64,000 nt of DNA. Origin: Chitinophaga pinensis (GTDB lineage: Bacteria > Bacteroidota > Ignavibacteria > Kapaibacteriales > Kapaibacteriaceae). Position 1 is the stretch's first letter, and every line of letters starts with the position of its first letter. The notes beneath the pieces were generated by a model. It saw only the letters and a list, made by a program, of their open reading frames with translations. It had not been told where the DNA came from and ran no database searches. Below, piece by piece: positions 55,992 to 64,000 of this stretch. The DNA lies in contig CALRYC010000003.1 of the NCBI GenBank assembly GCA_943372295.1, forward strand, positions 50,675 through 114,674. The letters run 5' to 3'. The position numbers and the translations under genes are program-made.

Positions 55992-57740
55992 TTACTGCAT
56001 CACCACCAGAACCGACTGAACGGACTGCCACGTCAGGGTCCGGCAATCGCTGCCATCAAGATCTGCTGAGGTCAATAGCCTGCCATCGATGGCATAGACG
56101 CGGATCTGAACCGGCCGACCCGGAGCGCAGAAAAATGTCGAGTTGCCGACAAATGGTCTCATGAAGACCGGAGCGTGAGCGACCTCTCCGGGCACGCTGC
56201 TGGGCAACGAAAACTCGTACGCGCCGACATTGGTCGAATCAGCAGTACGCGTGCGGCCACCGGCATCCGACGTAACCCATGAAAGGCGTGGTACTCGACC
56301 CCTGAGGGCCGGCATCACCTCGGGTAGCCACGAGGCCGGCTCCGTAAGGGGTAGGGAGGGGGCAACGACGTTGCCAAAGGTTGTGGCGATGCCAGGCACC
56401 GATGCAGACCAGTAATTCGAAGGATATGTCATTGCCGGAGCAGCCTCGCTCGGCAGGCGGATCCAGCGATTGGGAGTTATCAGGGATGGATCGACCGAGA
56501 AGATGTTGTTGGCTATCAGGACGTTGCGAATCTGTCTGTTGTTCGGAAAAGGAACGCTGTAGACGAGGTTCACAAACGCGGTGCTCGTATTGCCCTTCGT
56601 GGTCCACATGCCAACGCAGGTATTGTGTGCAAAGCGCACACCGCTGATGATCTGCTGCTGAGTGAACCCGATAGCCCCCTCCCAGATGTCCAGACATCCG
56701 GCCATGTTCACAAAGACATTGTTGACGATGTCGATGTTCTGGCAGCGAAGCTCATTTGGACTCCCGGCCCAACCCTCGGTGCTGATCAGTACCGCTACCA
56801 TTCCTCGACGTCCGGCAGGAAACATGGTGGTGTCTTTGTCCGATCGGAAGGTGCAATCCTCGACCACGACATCTGAGCCGACATCGCAGTACACCCCGGG
56901 CGCCCAGTTATCAAAGATGGTGCAACGGCGCACTCGAACGCGTGAGCTGTTGTTGATACAGACTGCTTCGCCCCAGTTACGGCCGATCTTACACTCGATG
57001 ACATTCACATCACGAGCCCCGAACATTTTGATAGCACTTCCGAACTGACCTCGTATGCCCCGATCATTCATCAGATTGGTATGAGTAATGGAACACGAGA
57101 CGAGTGCGACGGTATCGGAAAGGGGCGAACCATCTTCGCCTATGCGAATGCCGTGCGAGAAGGTGGAATCGATCGCTACGTCGGACAGCAGGACGTTCGT
57201 CGAACGTCGCTCCAGACTCGTACCGAGACGGATGCCGAATTCATTGCTGTTGACGATCCGGATGTTTCGGATCTCAACGCCACATGATGACGTTGTGATG
57301 ACACCGTGTCCGGCAGGAACCACAACGCTGGACGCGTCGAGAATAACATTGCCCTCACCGACAAAGCTGACATCCAGACGACGTTCACCGGCCGAGCCCA
57401 AGACGACATAGTCCTTGGTGTACTGGATGAACACATCGCGCAGCGCATACCGTCCCGGTAGGAACCGTATCTCACAGGCCACTCGCCCCCTCTCACTTGA
57501 CGTGAGAGCTTTTAGCCGGGCAATGGCAGCACCGAATGTTGAAAGGGGCTTTTCTCGCGTCCCGTCACCGGCGTCGTTACCATCGGGCGACATAACTACA
57601 CGCAAGCGCTGCGATGCTTCAGCAAGAAGCCTCGGCATCGGGACGTCGCCAGATGGTTGGGCCTGCGTGCTGTAAGCGACCAGCACAATCAGCACAACGA
57701 CCGCGACGAGGGCTGATACAGGAATAAAACGGGGGATCAT
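55992..57740 (-). CDS. Secreted right-handed parallel beta-helix repeat protein, probable T9SS cargo
   Basis: Signal anchor at an internal ATG. Repeated hydrophobic-x-N/D beta-helix turns (VEIRNIRIVNS, VNVIECKIGRN, VRVRRCTIFDN). CTD-like tail. Confidence 0.6.
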   Translation of the reverse strand: MIPRFIPVSALVAVVVLIVLVAYSTQAQPSGDVPMPRLLAEASQRLRVVMSPDGNDAGDGTREKPLSTFGAAIARLKALTSSERGRVACEIRFLPGRYALRDVFIQYTKDYVVLGSAGERRLDVSFVGEGNVILDASSVVVPAGHGVITTSSCGVEIRNIRIVNSNEFGIRLGTSLERRSTNVLLSDVAIDSTFSHGIRIGEDGSPLSDTVALVSCSITHTNLMNDRGIRGQFGSAIKMFGARDVNVIECKIGRNWGEAVCINNSSRVRVRRCTIFDNWAPGVYCDVGSDVVVEDCTFRSDKDTTMFPAGRRGMVAVLISTEGWAGSPNELRCQNIDIVNNVFVNMAGCLDIWEGAIGFTQQQIISGVRFAHNTCVGMWTTKGNTSTAFVNLVYSVPFPNNRQIRNVLIANNIFSVDPSLITPNRWIRLPSEAAPAMTYPSNYWSASVPGIATTFGNVVAPSLPLTEPASWLPEVMPALRGRVPRLSWVTSDAGGRTRTADSTNVGAYEFSLPSSVPGEVAHAPVFMRPFVGNSTFFCAPGRPVQIRVYAIDGRLLTSADLDGSDCRTLTWQSVQSVLVVMQ

Positions 57741-57849
57741 GACCTCGGAGCAAGATGGTTTCACGGGTATCTTCGCATCTGTGGAATCTATACATGTTCA
57801 TCCCGCAAACCAAGGTTCAGCGGCACGCCGTGCAGCTTGTCACGTCTGC

Positions 57850-58998
57850 ATGGTGCTCTGCGGATTGCTTGTGGCTACATCGACCGCGCTGGCGCAGCTA
57901 CCTTCTCTGGAGCTGGGGCTTCCCGTTGAAGGTGAGCTTGGCAAGGATGTGTACATCATCAACTACGTTGATCATGAATCGGACAGCGGTGCGATCCGCG
58001 ATTACATGTGCGGACGTCAGACGTATGATGGTCACGACGGCACGGACTTTGCCGTGAAGTCCTTCCGGCACATGGACTCCGGCGTGCACGTGATCGCTGC
58101 GGCCCCAGGACGTGTCATAGCCGTTATTGACACGCTGTACGATCGTAACAAGCGCGTTGACCGAACACTGGGTTTCGGTAACTACGTGGCCGTTGAGCAT
58201 CCCGGCGGATACATCCTTTACTACGCTCATCTAAAGAGCAGCTCGGCACGTGTAAAGGTTGGTGAGAGCGTAAAGAAGGGTCAGCGCCTCGGCCTCATCG
58301 GATCAAGCGGCACCAGCGAAGACCCGCATCTTCACTTTGAAGTATGGCAGCGCGTTGATGCGTTTCAGGGGGCTTGCCTGCCTCGCCCCCTGAAGTGGCA
58401 GGAGCAGCCCGAGTATCAGACGGAGTATGCACTCATCGACGCAGATGTTACGACCTGGCCGCCATCGCTTGATACCATTCGCGAACGTCCGCCCAGGGCA
58501 ACGTCGATTACCAAGGGCGACTCGTCGATCACGTTCTGGTCGCTTCAGCAACATATCGCTGCTAACGATCAACTCTCAGCGACATGGCTCACGCCGGATG
58601 GTGCAGCGTGGTTCACATACGAGTTCACGGTAACGGCCCCCTCCACGTACTACTACTGGTGGACGTGGATCCGACGTCCCGAGGCGTCGGGCCAATGGAA
58701 GGTTGAGTACCGTCGCAACGGCGATCTGATTGCAACGCGTTCATTCACCGTCGAAGCCAAGGTTTCCATAGGCGAACCACCACGTCAGGGGGCTTCCCTG
58801 CGCCGCATGGGCGACGTGCTGCGTTGCGAGGTTGCGAGTCCTTGCACACTCTCTGTCTACGACCTACAGGGAAGGTTGCTGCAACGTTCATCGGTCCCCG
58901 CTGGAACCTCCGCCCACATGGTTCCATTCACCACGTCCGTGATCATTGATCTCTCAGACGAACATGGACCGGTAGTGAAGACGATGGCGATGCCGTAA
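57850..58998 (+). CDS. M23 family metallopeptidase with a C-terminal sorting-like domain
   Basis: Signal peptide at an internal ATG. HDGTDFAV, GNYVAVEHPGGYILYYAHL, GSSGTSEDPHLHFEV. Confidence 0.85.
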   Translation: MVLCGLLVATSTALAQLPSLELGLPVEGELGKDVYIINYVDHESDSGAIRDYMCGRQTYDGHDGTDFAVKSFRHMDSGVHVIAAAPGRVIAVIDTLYDRNKRVDRTLGFGNYVAVEHPGGYILYYAHLKSSSARVKVGESVKKGQRLGLIGSSGTSEDPHLHFEVWQRVDAFQGACLPRPLKWQEQPEYQTEYALIDADVTTWPPSLDTIRERPPRATSITKGDSSITFWSLQQHIAANDQLSATWLTPDGAAWFTYEFTVTAPSTYYYWWTWIRRPEASGQWKVEYRRNGDLIATRSFTVEAKVSIGEPPRQGASLRRMGDVLRCEVASPCTLSVYDLQGRLLQRSSVPAGTSAHMVPFTTSVIIDLSDEHGPVVKTMAMP

Positions 58999-59064
58999 TG
59001 ACAAGTGACCGGTAGGGTCGCAGCATGCTGCGACCCCACGACCAGTGACGAGTGACAAGTGACA
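58999..59064. repeat. Composite element: AGTGACN heptamers flanking the same 22-bp palindrome (59015-59036) as at 45326-45347
   Basis: The 38 nt at 59006-59043 are identical to 45317-45354. Three AGTGACN units at 59044-59064. Confidence 0.9.
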
Positions 59065-59070
59065 GTAGTC

Positions 59071-59126
59071 CCGTAACTCCGCAACTCCGTAACTCTGTAA
59101 TTCCGTAACTCTGTAGTTCCGTACCT
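59071..59126 (+). repeat. Tandem octamer array, CCGTAACT-type x7
   Basis: Read directly (ccgtaact ccgcaact ccgtaact ctgtaatt ccgtaact ctgtagtt ccgtacct). Confidence 0.9.
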
Positions 59127-59132
59127 CTCCCC

Positions 59133-59510
59133 CTATTCCATCGAATGTAGCGCCATATGATTGCCCTCTGAATCAAAGAAGAGGGCCATGTAGCCGAAAT
59201 TGTTGGGGAGTGGTGTCTTGGGCATAATGATGCGCCCGCCTGATGCTTCAATACGAGAGAAAATGATATTGAGATCGGGATTCGCATTGAGATAGAGAAG
59301 AGGTCCTGCCGCTGCTGGACGATGCTCTTTGAGGTACACAAGAGCTCCGCTGACGCCGTGTACCTCTGCCGGAAACAGCGCCATCGGTATTGGCTCCTCA
59401 GCACCGGGAACTTCTATCCGACGCATTGTGCAATTCATAATCGACTCGTAGAAGGTGACGGCGCGATCGAAATCTAAGGTTGGTATTTCGAACCAGTTGA
59501 TTGCGTGCAT
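59133..59510 (-). CDS. VOC (glyoxalase/bleomycin-resistance fold) family protein
   Basis: INWFEIPTLDFDRAVTFYESI N-terminus and GGRIIMPKT...FGYMALFFDSEGNHMALHS. Confidence 0.8.
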   Translation of the reverse strand: MHAINWFEIPTLDFDRAVTFYESIMNCTMRRIEVPGAEEPIPMALFPAEVHGVSGALVYLKEHRPAAAGPLLYLNANPDLNIIFSRIEASGGRIIMPKTPLPNNFGYMALFFDSEGNHMALHSME

Positions 59511-59567
59511 GATGTTTCGCGAATAGGTGTTGACGTTGTTTGAACATAGAGGGTTGTGCCGTGTCCG

Positions 59568-59581
59568 GTTGCAATTGCAAC
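59568..59581. promoter_or_regulatory. Perfect 14-bp palindrome GTTGCAATTGCAAC (candidate toxin-antitoxin operator)
   Basis: Self-complementary. About 90 nt upstream of the antitoxin start. A second inverted repeat ACCGGAC-N19-GTCCGGT lies at 59634-59666. Confidence 0.3.
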
Positions 59582-59672
59582 GTCACCGGTGTTACGTTCA
59601 GTGTACGACCACGAAGATATGTTCGCTATCTTAACCGGACCGTTAACGTACCATATACAGTCCGGTAATGAT

Positions 59673-59954
59673 ATGTCGAAAACAACCAACATCAAACCGA
59701 TCAGCTATTTCAAGGCACATGCATCGGAGATGCTCGATACGCTACGCGAAACGAGTGCGCCGTATGTGATCACACAAAATGGTGAAGCCGCTGCGATACT
59801 GGTAGATCCAGTCGAGTATGATCGTATGCTCGAGGCCATTGAAATGCTTAAGCTTATACGCCAGGGAGAGTCGGAGATCCGAAAAGGCCAAGTTCTTTCC
59901 GTCGATGCCGTTCGCAAGCGAATTCAAAGTGCACGTAGGAAGCGTAAAGCCTAG
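59673..59954 (+). CDS. Phd/YefM-family type II antitoxin
   Basis: Internal ATG. ISYFKAHASEMLDTLRETSAPYVITQNGEAAAILVDPVEYDRM is typical Phd/YefM. Confidence 0.8.
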   Translation: MSKTTNIKPISYFKAHASEMLDTLRETSAPYVITQNGEAAAILVDPVEYDRMLEAIEMLKLIRQGESEIRKGQVLSVDAVRKRIQSARRKRKA

Positions 59955-59957
59955 AAC

Positions 59958-60293
59958 ATGAGAACAAAGCGATATGATGTCTTTGTGACGGTTGCTGCCT
60001 CGTACGATCTTGAAGACATAGAAGAGTGGCTCGAACGACACGAACCGGATGGACGCGCAGGGTCGGTCGTTGATGATCTTCTGTATTGTTTTGATGGTCT
60101 CGCGCGGATGCCCACGCGCGGATCCATTGTCCCCGAGATCGACAATCTTATTGCAGCGGAGTACCGGCAGGTGATACACACCGGATATCGAATCATCTAT
60201 CGCATTGATACCACGCAGGTGTTCGTTATCGCTGTCGTCCATCAGCGTCGCGATGTCAAGAGCGTAATGATGGCACGAGCATTACGATTGTGA
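59958..60293 (+). CDS. RelE/ParE-family type II toxin
   Basis: Starts 4 nt after the antitoxin stop. YRIIYRIDTTQVFVIAVVHQRRD C-terminal signature. Confidence 0.8.
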   Translation: MRTKRYDVFVTVAASYDLEDIEEWLERHEPDGRAGSVVDDLLYCFDGLARMPTRGSIVPEIDNLIAAEYRQVIHTGYRIIYRIDTTQVFVIAVVHQRRDVKSVMMARALRL

Positions 60294-60329
60294 TACCAAC
60301 CGTCAGGTACCCGGTAGTAATGCTGCTAT

Positions 60330-60448
60330 TCGTACCTCCGTATTCTGTAACTCCGTACCTCCGTAACTCCGTACCTCCGTAACTCCGTAACTCCGTAACT
60401 CCGTAATTCTGTAATTCTGTAATTCTGTAATTCAGTAACTCCGTAACT
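60330..60448 (+). repeat. Tandem octamer array, CCGTAACT-type x15 (variants CCGTACCT, CTGTAATT)
   Basis: Read directly. Ends 3 nt before the ATG at 60452. Confidence 0.92.
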
Positions 60449-60451
60449 CTC

Positions 60452-61636
60452 ATGCCCATCCTCTTCCTCCTCCTATTCCTGCAAGAGATCGCCCGCGTAT
60501 ACCTCGTGATGCCGTTTCCCGGCAGTCAGGAGTTGGACCTTGTGCAATTGGCATATGGACTTGATCGCTATGCCGTAGTGATAAGACTTGTGCTGTTGGG
60601 ATCTATCGGTGCGTTGATATGGTACCGCATGCGCACGCAGCAAAAGGTGCGGAAGACCTGGCTGGGAGTCTTTCTGGCGCTCTATGCGCTCATGTACTTC
60701 GGCATCAGCACGCAGATGACGGCCGAGAGCATGTTCCGGGAGCCGATCGTCAAGCGGTTCCGAGTGGCCGCGCTCAACAGTGCCCAGGCTGAAAAGATTG
60801 TGATGGGCATTGTGATCAACGGTGAAGCGGCGGCCTATCCGATCCAGTATCTCGGCTATCACCATCAAGTGCGCGATACGGTAGGGGGCGAGTCGGTGCT
60901 CGTGACGTATTGCACGGTGTGCCGCACGGGTCGGGTGTATAGCCTGCTGGTAGATGGAAAGACTGAGGTGTTCCGTCTGGTTGGCATGGATCATTTCAAC
61001 GCGATGTTTGAAGACGCAACCACCAGGAGCTGGTGGCGTCAGGCCACTGGTGAGTGCATTGCAGGCCCCCTGCAGGGAAAGACCCTCGAGACCATTCCAT
61101 CGCAGCAGATGTCATTGGGTGCATGGATGAGCGAGCATCCAAACAGCAAGGTCATGCAGCCGGATCCGAACTTCGCAGAGCAGTATGGCTACTTGACGAA
61201 CTACGAATCAGGACGTTCCAAGGGTGACCTTACGAGACGTGATTCGGCATCATGGCAGCGTAAGTCGTGGGTGATCGGTGTGATCATTGAAGATGCAAAG
61301 CGTACCTATGACTGGAACGATCTTGTGCGCAAGCGCATGATTACGGATGATGTGGACGGCAGGCCGATCGTCCTAACGATCGAACCAGACAACAAGAGCT
61401 TCCATGCCTTCCGAGCGTTTTACGGTAATCGCAAATCCATGGAGAAGCTACGCTTTGCGCTTCGTGATTCCACATCCATGAGTGATGATATTACCGGTTC
61501 CGTATGGAGCCTCAGTGGCCTGTGCTTTGAGGGTGATCTTAAAGGCCTGAAGCTATACCGTGTACAGGCCTATCAGGAATACCTGCATTCATGGGAGCAA
61601 TTCCACCCTACATCGCGACGGGTGGTAGCGAGGTAG
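60452..61636 (+). CDS. DUF3179 domain membrane protein
   Basis: Three N-terminal TM helices. VINGEAAAYPIQYLGYHHQVRDTVGGESVLVTYCTVCRTGRVY matches the DUF3179 core. Confidence 0.8.
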   Translation: MPILFLLLFLQEIARVYLVMPFPGSQELDLVQLAYGLDRYAVVIRLVLLGSIGALIWYRMRTQQKVRKTWLGVFLALYALMYFGISTQMTAESMFREPIVKRFRVAALNSAQAEKIVMGIVINGEAAAYPIQYLGYHHQVRDTVGGESVLVTYCTVCRTGRVYSLLVDGKTEVFRLVGMDHFNAMFEDATTRSWWRQATGECIAGPLQGKTLETIPSQQMSLGAWMSEHPNSKVMQPDPNFAEQYGYLTNYESGRSKGDLTRRDSASWQRKSWVIGVIIEDAKRTYDWNDLVRKRMITDDVDGRPIVLTIEPDNKSFHAFRAFYGNRKSMEKLRFALRDSTSMSDDITGSVWSLSGLCFEGDLKGLKLYRVQAYQEYLHSWEQFHPTSRRVVAR

Positions 61637-61641
61637 GTAGG

Positions 61642-61740
61642 GAATTACGAGAATTACGGGAATTACGAGAATTACGAGAATTACGAGAATTACGGGAATT
61701 ACGGGAATTACGGGAATTACGGGAATTACGAGAATTACGA
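61642..61740 (-). repeat. Tandem nonamer array, GAATTACGR x11 on the plus strand (reverse complement YCGTAATTC, the octamer family word plus one base)
   Basis: Read directly. Starts 6 nt after the DUF3179 stop. One further isolated unit at 61804-61812. Confidence 0.92.
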
Positions 61741-61808
61741 TCGACAATAGTAGCCCCGGGCTATATCCTGAGCTGCGATGCCGCGAAGGACCGCCCGGGG
61801 GACGGGAA

Positions 61809-62945
61809 TTACCGCAGCTGCTTCAGCCAAGCATCGACCGGTTCAACACGGACGTTGCCACGGACGAATCGTTCGTTGCCACGGTAGAGAAGTGTTGCAT
61901 TTGCCTGCGGGTAGAGTTTGACGAACTCACTGAGTGACCGAAGATGTTCGGGTCGGACAACGCTTGTGTTCTTCACCTCGATCGCATCGAACGTCGTTGG
62001 GCCATAGACAATGAAGTCGACCTCAGCACCGGAGCGTGTTCTCCAGTAGTAGAGTTTGCGGCCGTCCCGTGCGTAGTCACAGAATGCCTTTAGGTGCTGT
62101 GCAACAAGTCCCTCGAGCGCATGACCCTGGATTGATGAAAGATCATCAAGGGGGCCGGTGGGACGTAGCGTGCGGAACATTCCCGCATCGAAGAAGTAGA
62201 ACTTGGGATGAGAAACGAGATCACGTTTGGCATGGTGAGCAAACACGGGCACACGATAGGCCAACAGCAAATCTTCGAGGGTCTCAACGTAGTTCTCGAC
62301 GGTCTTGCGTTTGACGGCACAGTCTCTGGCGACATTGGTAACGGTCAGTATCTCGCCATGGGAAAAGGAGATCGCCTCAAGGAAGCGCGCGAACTGTTCA
62401 TCGCTCCTCGTGAGACCTTCGGCAAAGACTTCTTGCTGAATGTACAGCGACGCGTAGGCCCTTAGGGTTTCCTCGGGCGTTGGTGATTCGACAACAAGGG
62501 GAACGAGCCCACACGCTAGGGCCCGTTCAAGAGAGAAGTCATCTCCGAGTTCCGATGCGATATATGGGTGCATGTGTACTTGGAGTGCACGTCCACCGAG
62601 AAGGTTCACGTTACCTCGCCGGAGTTTGCGCGCACTCGACCCAGTAAGTACAAATCGAATACGCCGGCCCTCGCTGATCAGCGCGTGGACCACCTCCAGT
62701 AGAATGGGAAGCTTCTGAATCTCATCAATGACGATCGTTCCATCATCCGGAACTGCGGAGGCAAGCTCCCCTAAATGCTCCGGACGTGCAGCAAGATGGC
62801 GATGCACCTCGGGGTCAAGAAGGCTCACATAGAGAGCTTCGGGAAAGGTGGACCGGACCCAATAGGTCTTTCCGGTCCCACGCGGTCCGAGCAGAAAGAA
62901 CGACTGTTCCGATGGCAATAACTGCCGATTTCGACCACTAGGCAT
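61809..62945 (-). CDS. AAA ATPase with a DUF4143 domain (COG1373-type)
   Basis: LLGPRGTGKTY Walker A, IVIDEIQ Walker B, and a C-terminal restriction-endonuclease-like DUF4143 region (EVDFIVY...AIEVK). The longest ORF starts at 62984. I prefer the ATG at 62945. Confidence 0.75.
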   Translation of the reverse strand: MPSGRNRQLLPSEQSFFLLGPRGTGKTYWVRSTFPEALYVSLLDPEVHRHLAARPEHLGELASAVPDDGTIVIDEIQKLPILLEVVHALISEGRRIRFVLTGSSARKLRRGNVNLLGGRALQVHMHPYIASELGDDFSLERALACGLVPLVVESPTPEETLRAYASLYIQQEVFAEGLTRSDEQFARFLEAISFSHGEILTVTNVARDCAVKRKTVENYVETLEDLLLAYRVPVFAHHAKRDLVSHPKFYFFDAGMFRTLRPTGPLDDLSSIQGHALEGLVAQHLKAFCDYARDGRKLYYWRTRSGAEVDFIVYGPTTFDAIEVKNTSVVRPEHLRSLSEFVKLYPQANATLLYRGNERFVRGNVRVEPVDAWLKQLR

Positions 62946-63024
62946 GCCGCAATATGGCAACTCTAATGCCATTTTGCAACGCATTGTGGCAACAGCGTTG
63001 CCATTTTGCGAGGTTTTTGAGTCG

Positions 63025-64000
63025 TTAGCGTCGTTTCAGGGCCACTTTGACCAGGGCGAGCATGACCGGGACCTCGATCAGGGGGCCGATCACAGCGGCA
63101 AAGGCCTGGTCGGACGAGAGGCCAAACACGGCGATGGCAACCGCTATGGCCAGCTCAAAGTTGTTCGAAGCAGCCGTAAACGACAGGGTGGTGGTGCGCT
63201 CGTAGTCAGTTCCCATGCGTCGACTCATCCACCAGCTCACGGCAAACATGATGATGAAGTAGAGCGTCAGTGGAATGGCGATACGCACCGCGTCCAGAGG
63301 AAGAGCAATGATGCTGGTGGCCTTCATGCTGAACATGATGATGATCGTGCCGAGCAGAGCAATGAGCGTGATGCGTCCGATGCGCGGCGCAAAGATGGAC
63401 TCGTACCACTCAGCCCCCTTTGAAGCGGTAAGCACGCGGCGTGTAAGGTAGCCGCCGGCCAACGGAACGCCGAGATAGATGGCAACGCTCTCGGCGATCT
63501 GCCACATGGAGATGTTCACCTCCACGCCTGTCAGGCCGATCAGCGGTGGCAGCCACGTCATGAAGAACCAGGCATAGAGACTGTAGAACACCACCTGAAA
63601 GAGACTGTTGAACGCGACGAGTCCGGCAGCATACTCGCGGTCACCACAGGCGAGATCGTTCCAGACGATCACCATGGCGATGCACCGGGCGAGGCCGATC
63701 ATGATCAGCCCCTGCACGTATTCGGGCTTGTCCGGCAGGAGCAGGATAGCGAGTCCGAACATCAGCACCGGTCCGATGAGCCAGTTCTGCACGAGGGAAA
63801 GAAGCAGGACCTTGCGATCACGGAATGCTTCGCCCATCTTTTCGTACCGCACCTTGGCAAGGGGCGGATACATCATCAGGATAAGTCCAATTGCCAGCGG
63901 GATGTTGGTCGTGCCGGACTGCATGGACTCGAGCATGCCCGGAAACTCGGGCACGATAGCGCCAAGGGCAACGCCAACGACCATGGCGGCGATGATCCAT
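63025..64000 (-). CDS. acr3: ACR3-family arsenite efflux transporter (5' end outside the window)
   Basis: [39 protein letters not shown] is the ACR3 signature. The frame stays open upstream of the ATG at 63984 to the window edge. Confidence 0.85.
   Translation of the reverse strand, partial: WIIAAMVVGVALGAIVPEFPGMLESMQSGTTNIPLAIGLILMMYPPLAKVRYEKMGEAFRDRKVLLLSLVQNWLIGPVLMFGLAILLLPDKPEYVQGLIMIGLARCIAMVIVWNDLACGDREYAAGLVAFNSLFQVVFYSLYAWFFMTWLPPLIGLTGVEVNISMWQIAESVAIYLGVPLAGGYLTRRVLTASKGAEWYESIFAPRIGRITLIALLGTIIIMFSMKATSIIALPLDAVRIAIPLTLYFIIMFAVSWWMSRRMGTDYERTTTLSFTAASNNFELAIAVAIAVFGLSSDQAFAAVIGPLIEVPVMLALVKVALKRR

Noticed and set aside
60330-61740. CRISPR array interpretation of the tandem repeats
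   Set aside because: The units are 7-9 nt and directly abutting, with no spacers. There are no 25-40 nt repeats and no cas genes in the window.
61591-61887. 98-aa ORF encoding RELRELRELREL...
   Set aside because: It is a translation artefact of the nonamer array. It overlaps the end of the DUF3179 gene and the 3' end of the DUF4143 ATPase gene, and has no start context.
59000-64000. Calling the terminal accessory segment a mobile element or genomic island
   Set aside because: No integrase, transposase, relaxase, tRNA gene or long terminal direct or inverted repeats were seen. Only composition and gene content hint at acquisition, so it is reported as a hypothesis rather than a feature.

Overview
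About 59 protein-coding genes, densely packed, and no rRNA, tRNA, CRISPR array, transposase or integrase that I could recognise. Several proteins carry T9SS-type C-terminal sorting domains. Two genes have TAnnTTTG words just upstream, and there is a bacillithiol deacetylase. Together these suggest a member of the Bacteroidota/Ignavibacteriota/Chlorobiota-like (FCB) group; this is inference. Most of the window is housekeeping: rarA, serS, mnmG, mnmE, birA, coaX, ispD, mraY, murF, rsmH, rpiB, dut, an RNase H, rfbD and a YifB/ComM-type ATPase. These are interleaved with envelope and secreted proteins: a BamA/TamA-like protein, porins, lipoproteins, two paralogous arylsulfotransferase-like T9SS cargo proteins, an M23 peptidase and a beta-helix protein. 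The last ~5 kb looks accessory: a VOC protein, a Phd/ParE-type toxin-antitoxin pair, a DUF3179 protein, a DUF4143 ATPase and a partial ACR3 arsenite pump. The features that gene content does not explain are listed here. (1) A family of 7-, 8- and 9-nt tandem-repeat arrays sits in at least eight intergenic regions. Two arrays embed an identical 38-nt palindromic element, and two arrays in inverted orientation bracket the DUF3179 gene. (2) A 483-bp low-GC non-coding gap lies between convergent genes, with tandem DnaA-box-like words and an AT-rich tract, about 4 kb from mnmG/mnmE. (3) An IcmF-type mutase appears split by an intervening lipoprotein gene. (4) A pair of 14-bp CACGTG-centred palindromes lies upstream of mnmG. 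I found no convincing multi-gene system of clearly novel function. The candidates are offered as hypotheses with checks.
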